Below are positions 60,510-64,000 of a stretch of 64,000 nucleotides of DNA, in pieces. How positions within the stretch are numbered: the stretch's first letter is position 1; each line of letters starts with the position of its first letter. The notes under the pieces were generated by a model. The model was not told the origin of the DNA and did not search any database. It worked only from the letters and a program-made list of their open reading frames with translations. This stretch comes from Phoronis australis (taxonomy: Eukaryota > Animalia > Phoronida), in the NCBI GenBank assembly GCA_002633005.1, contig NMRA01000222.1, positions 186,001 through 250,000 on the forward strand, given 5' to 3'. The position numbers and the translations under genes are program-made.

Positions 60510-60944
60510 GGCCCGGTCTCCAATCTTTTTACTCGAAATGGAACTCGAAATTAGGTTTGGCATTTTCCACTCTACTTTTGGGCGAACTCAAGATAATTGT
60601 CTATTATTCTATGCTCGAGTACACAATAACTTACGTACATAATTTATTGCCCTTAGTTCACAGTTTGTAAACCCAATATTAAAGCAATAAGTTCGAGTTT
60701 GAACTCGAAATTTCGAGTTTTTACTCGAGTTTGTAGCACGAATATAAGGGTCTTCAAGGGCAAACTTGAACTAGAAACTCCTGTCTTCAAGAGCAAACTT
60801 GAACTAAAAACTCCTATGCATAAACTATAATGTATTCGAGCACAGTCTGATAACCAATTATCTTAAGTTCTCACAAAAGGAGCAGAGAAATTGCCAAAAA
60901 TACTTTTTGAGTTCGTTTCAAGTACAAAGATTAGAGACCGGGCC
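60510..60944. mobile_element. PIF/Harbinger-type MITE
   Basis: CAG|GGCCCGGTCTCCAATCTTT ... AAAGATTAGAGACCGGGCC|TAG; long imperfect arms; internal 33-bp tandem duplication at 60750-60815. Confidence 0.7.
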
Positions 60945-61320
60945 TAGAACAAAATGTTTTTTGGAGTAATACATTAGGCCGCTGGTAGTGACGTACATAT
61001 ATCGAGTGTAAGTGACAGTAAGTCTAACAGCTACGCTGATGCAGCACAATCTGTAGCATCAAATCTTTTACAACTACGTAATTTGCTTTAAAATACCATC
61101 TGTTCTTCAATAACAGTACCTAGGCGTGTCTTTATGCCAAATAACTTCAAAACTGATTTATCGTTTGAAGCAAAAACGAAAGCATTTATTAATACGTTTA
61201 TGATAAGATAGCCATAGAAGCAATAGTTCATTCGGTAAATGGAAGTTGTAGAATTTTTGTTTTATGTTGCCGAGCGACGCGCATTACATATCTAAAATAC
61301 TGTCAAGGGACAATCTGAAG

Positions 61321-62113
61321 TAAATATAGACGCCCCTTGGGCGATAATTCACTAAAATCCACTCGATCTCTAGAATACGGGGGATAACGACTAAGAACAT
61401 GCAATAATCTATTTATACCACATACTGAACGAGAAACATTGCAATGAATCGATCCACCTTTCTCGACTCCCCTCGGCTTTGTAACTACTTTCTGTCAGAG
61501 GCCCGGGGTCGGAGGTCGTGACCTTTTAGAAAAGACGAGTTATTTTTGTCAAATGATGCTTTTACTCAAAACCATTTGAAAATTTAAACAAAAAGGAAAA
61601 AGTGAATCTATGAATTAAGGTTTAGCAACTATTATAGCTCACTACACATTTTATCACGCTAAGCTTTGACCGAGAAAATATCGTCTGCTGAATAGGTTAA
61701 CACTGGTAACTGAGTATAATGCTCAAGTCGAAGGATCCCGACGACACGATACCCGCATTCAAATTGGAGATCGGTGATTTACAAGTGAGAGAAAATGAGA
61801 AATAAATTTCACTGAATTAAAATATCGTTTTTATGGAACTTATGCGTCTTATTTTTCATAGCGTATAACTGTAGGTACAATGCCTTTTGTTGAACATGTG
61901 ATTGTTGCACGTGCTCAAGTAAGTATTCTATTTTCACGTTCGAAGACGTCAACCGCTGAGTGGTGTGGTGGTAAAGTCGACGACTCAAAACTCTTGCGGA
62001 TCGGGTCCGAAACTGGCCTCGATTTCCGCCAAAATGTTATCTCACTCGTGAGATAACTAAATGGGTTGTTATACGGTTGTATTGGCCATTCCAGGCTGAT
62101 ATTGTGGTATAAA
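61321..62113 (+). mobile_element. Composite dispersed element, copy B
   Basis: Reverse complement of 9655-10504; tRNA-like segment at 61955-62023 with a decayed B box; near-palindrome GTTATCTCACTCGTGAGATAAC. Confidence 0.85.
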
Positions 62114-62425
62114 ATAATTAATACAGATATACATGTATATAATGTTATGAAATTCTCACAGTTCACGCTTATCATTCATATCATTGTCGGTGACCAATCG
62201 CGTGAGAGAAGCCGTGGGGTTAGACAACAAAACTCTAATAGTCTAGACAAAAAGACTGGATATTGTGAAAAGTTATGCTTGTATGATTGGGGTTCATTCT
62301 GTGGCCAACGAGTTCATAAAATAGAAGAAGGCTCTAGAGCGCCCGAAAATCTCTACTGGCGCCTGTATAAAAATTTTGTCATTTTCACATTTTGAAAGTT
62401 GTGAATACATTGAATGTATCCGAGT

Positions 62426-62561
62426 CAGTGCTGTAGTGGTAAAATTAGAGGTAAGTAGGCGCCCAAAGCCCACCGTATCACCTTGAGCGCTGAACGTAGC
62501 TTACGGTGCGTAGGCGCTATGTTCAAATGCCTACGTGTGCCTACGCCCCACTACAGCACTG
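62426..62561 (-). mobile_element. hAT-type MITE with perfect 8-bp TSD
   Basis: ATCCGAGT|CAGTGCTGTAGTGG ... CCACTACAGCACTG|ATCCGAGT (14-bp perfect TIR). Confidence 0.9.
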
Positions 62562-63372
62562 ATCCGAGTGGACTAATAAGCATTTCAAAAATACACCATT
62601 GCCTTGACAAGCCTTTGTAAACATGTTAAAATCCTTAACAGTAGATACTTTTTAATTCTAGGCAATATCATTTCTAAATCCAAATCTCTCAGCTAGAGTT
62701 TACTGGTGCCTGACTTAAAAATCTTGCCGACAAAATGGCACGGATGAGTTGAGGACACCCATGATGACACGAATGACGTCGTGACGACGATGATAATTAA
62801 GTATGATGATTTGTTGCTCACCTGAAATCACATCAAACCTTCGTGGACGTTACATGGTTACGTTTACAAGAAATCCCCACTGGTTAGTACGAAAAACCAT
62901 GACAACTTGTTTTTTTCGAGAGAAAGTTTGAACTGCGGTTGGGAAAATTAAGTGCGTGCTAGGTCGAGTGCATGTGTCCCCTTGGAGACATACTCTTTCT
63001 TATGACATCAAAACGTCAACTTCACAATGGCGAGAATAATAAGAAACAAGAGTATTAATAAATCTCAAGAGCCCTGACACATTCTATTCTTGTTCAAATT
63101 CCAAATAACTGTAGATTTACTCCTAGGCAACCTCGTATTTTTTGCTCGTTTGTATAAAATGTTTAACACAATTCCTCTTCATGATGGTCTAGGCATTAAG
63201 TTCAATCAAAAGATTTTCCGTGGTCAAAACAAAACGTTTTCAAGCCCGGCGAAAATTTACACATTTTAAAAAGAAGGCATTTGGTAATAATGTCTTTCTG
63301 ACTTTACCCACAAGATACATGTAGGATTCGATTGCTAACAAACCTCGAGAACAACAGGCGCATTGAACTCGT

Positions 63373-63484
63373 CCAATAGAGCAACTACTGCACTCAGTAG
63401 TATTCATTTATTTCTCAAATACGTTAAACTTGATACCAAATACAAGATGGAACACTTTCTTAAATTTAGCGCTGGCGCATGCGC
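63373..63484 (+). promoter_or_regulatory. Candidate promoter of the SNAG gene
   Basis: CCAAT at 63373 and a perfect NRF1-type GCGCATGCGC at 63475-63484, about 250 bp upstream of the ATG. Confidence 0.3.
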
Positions 63485-63735
63485 AACAATAACATTCCCC
63501 ATTTCTATTCTTGCCACGTGAAAGAATGTCACGCTGTGGTGATTTTTGGTTGTAAAAGGTCTCGGCAAGATAATAAGTAAGCTTGTCAAAACCCCTCTCC
63601 CATTTACCCGTTAACTCGTTCACCGACACAACCGTTAAACGCTGTCACTTTCAACCACGCTTCGTTGCATACCGGAGCTAGGCTGTGGGTAGGACGCCCC
63701 AAGGAAGTAGTGGTGTTTTACAGTGAGGGTTTAAG

Positions 63736-63841
63736 ATGCCAAAAGCATTTTTGATTAGAAAATATCCAGAACTCGTGGCGAAAGAAGGTGATACAAATGG
63801 AAAGGAAAGGGAAAAGAAATGTAAGACGGAAGAACGTGAAA
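63736..63841 (+). CDS. First coding exon of a SNAG-domain transcription factor (partial; gene continues beyond the window)
   Basis: AAG-ATG then MPKAFLIRKYPELVAKEGDTNGKEREKKCKTEERE; the SNAG consensus MP(R/K)xFL(V/I)xK is at the extreme N-terminus; strong A|GTGAGT phase-1 donor. Confidence 0.65.
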
Positions 63842-64000
63842 GTGAGTACTTTATTGTGTTACGTACTAGTTGTTGATTTGAACTCGCACCAGGTAGACGT
63901 TATATAAGATGCCAGGAATTATTTTCCACATGGAAACTATCAACCAATAATAAAATGATTCTATTAAGCGCAATGACTGTAAATTTTCAAAACTTAAATT

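Overview
AT-rich animal genomic DNA, probably from a marine invertebrate (inferred from the invertebrate-type POU4 homeodomain and the transposon repertoire), with one assembly gap (50324-50460). The only complete gene I can support is a class IV POU homeobox gene (POU4/Brn3/unc-86/acj6 family, + strand). It has exons 30747-30887 and 31662-32540 and a single phase-0 intron inside the POU-IV box. A candidate alternative first coding exon with its own CCAAT/TATA promoter lies at 22392-22448 and would splice in frame to exon 2. A SNAG-motif exon (MPKAFLIRK..., 63736-63841), missed by the ORF track, marks the likely start of a second transcription-factor gene at the right edge. About 21-36 kb has no repeats I could recognise. 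The flanks are dense in non-autonomous DNA transposons: TTAA-flanked Kolobok-type elements with THAP relics, hAT-type MITEs with 5-bp or 8-bp TSDs, a Harbinger-type MITE, a Chapaev/CMC-like transposase relic, and a two-copy composite element with a tRNA-like segment and a terminal hairpin whose centre is flipped between copies. All alignments were done by eye, so boundaries of diverged repeats are approximate.
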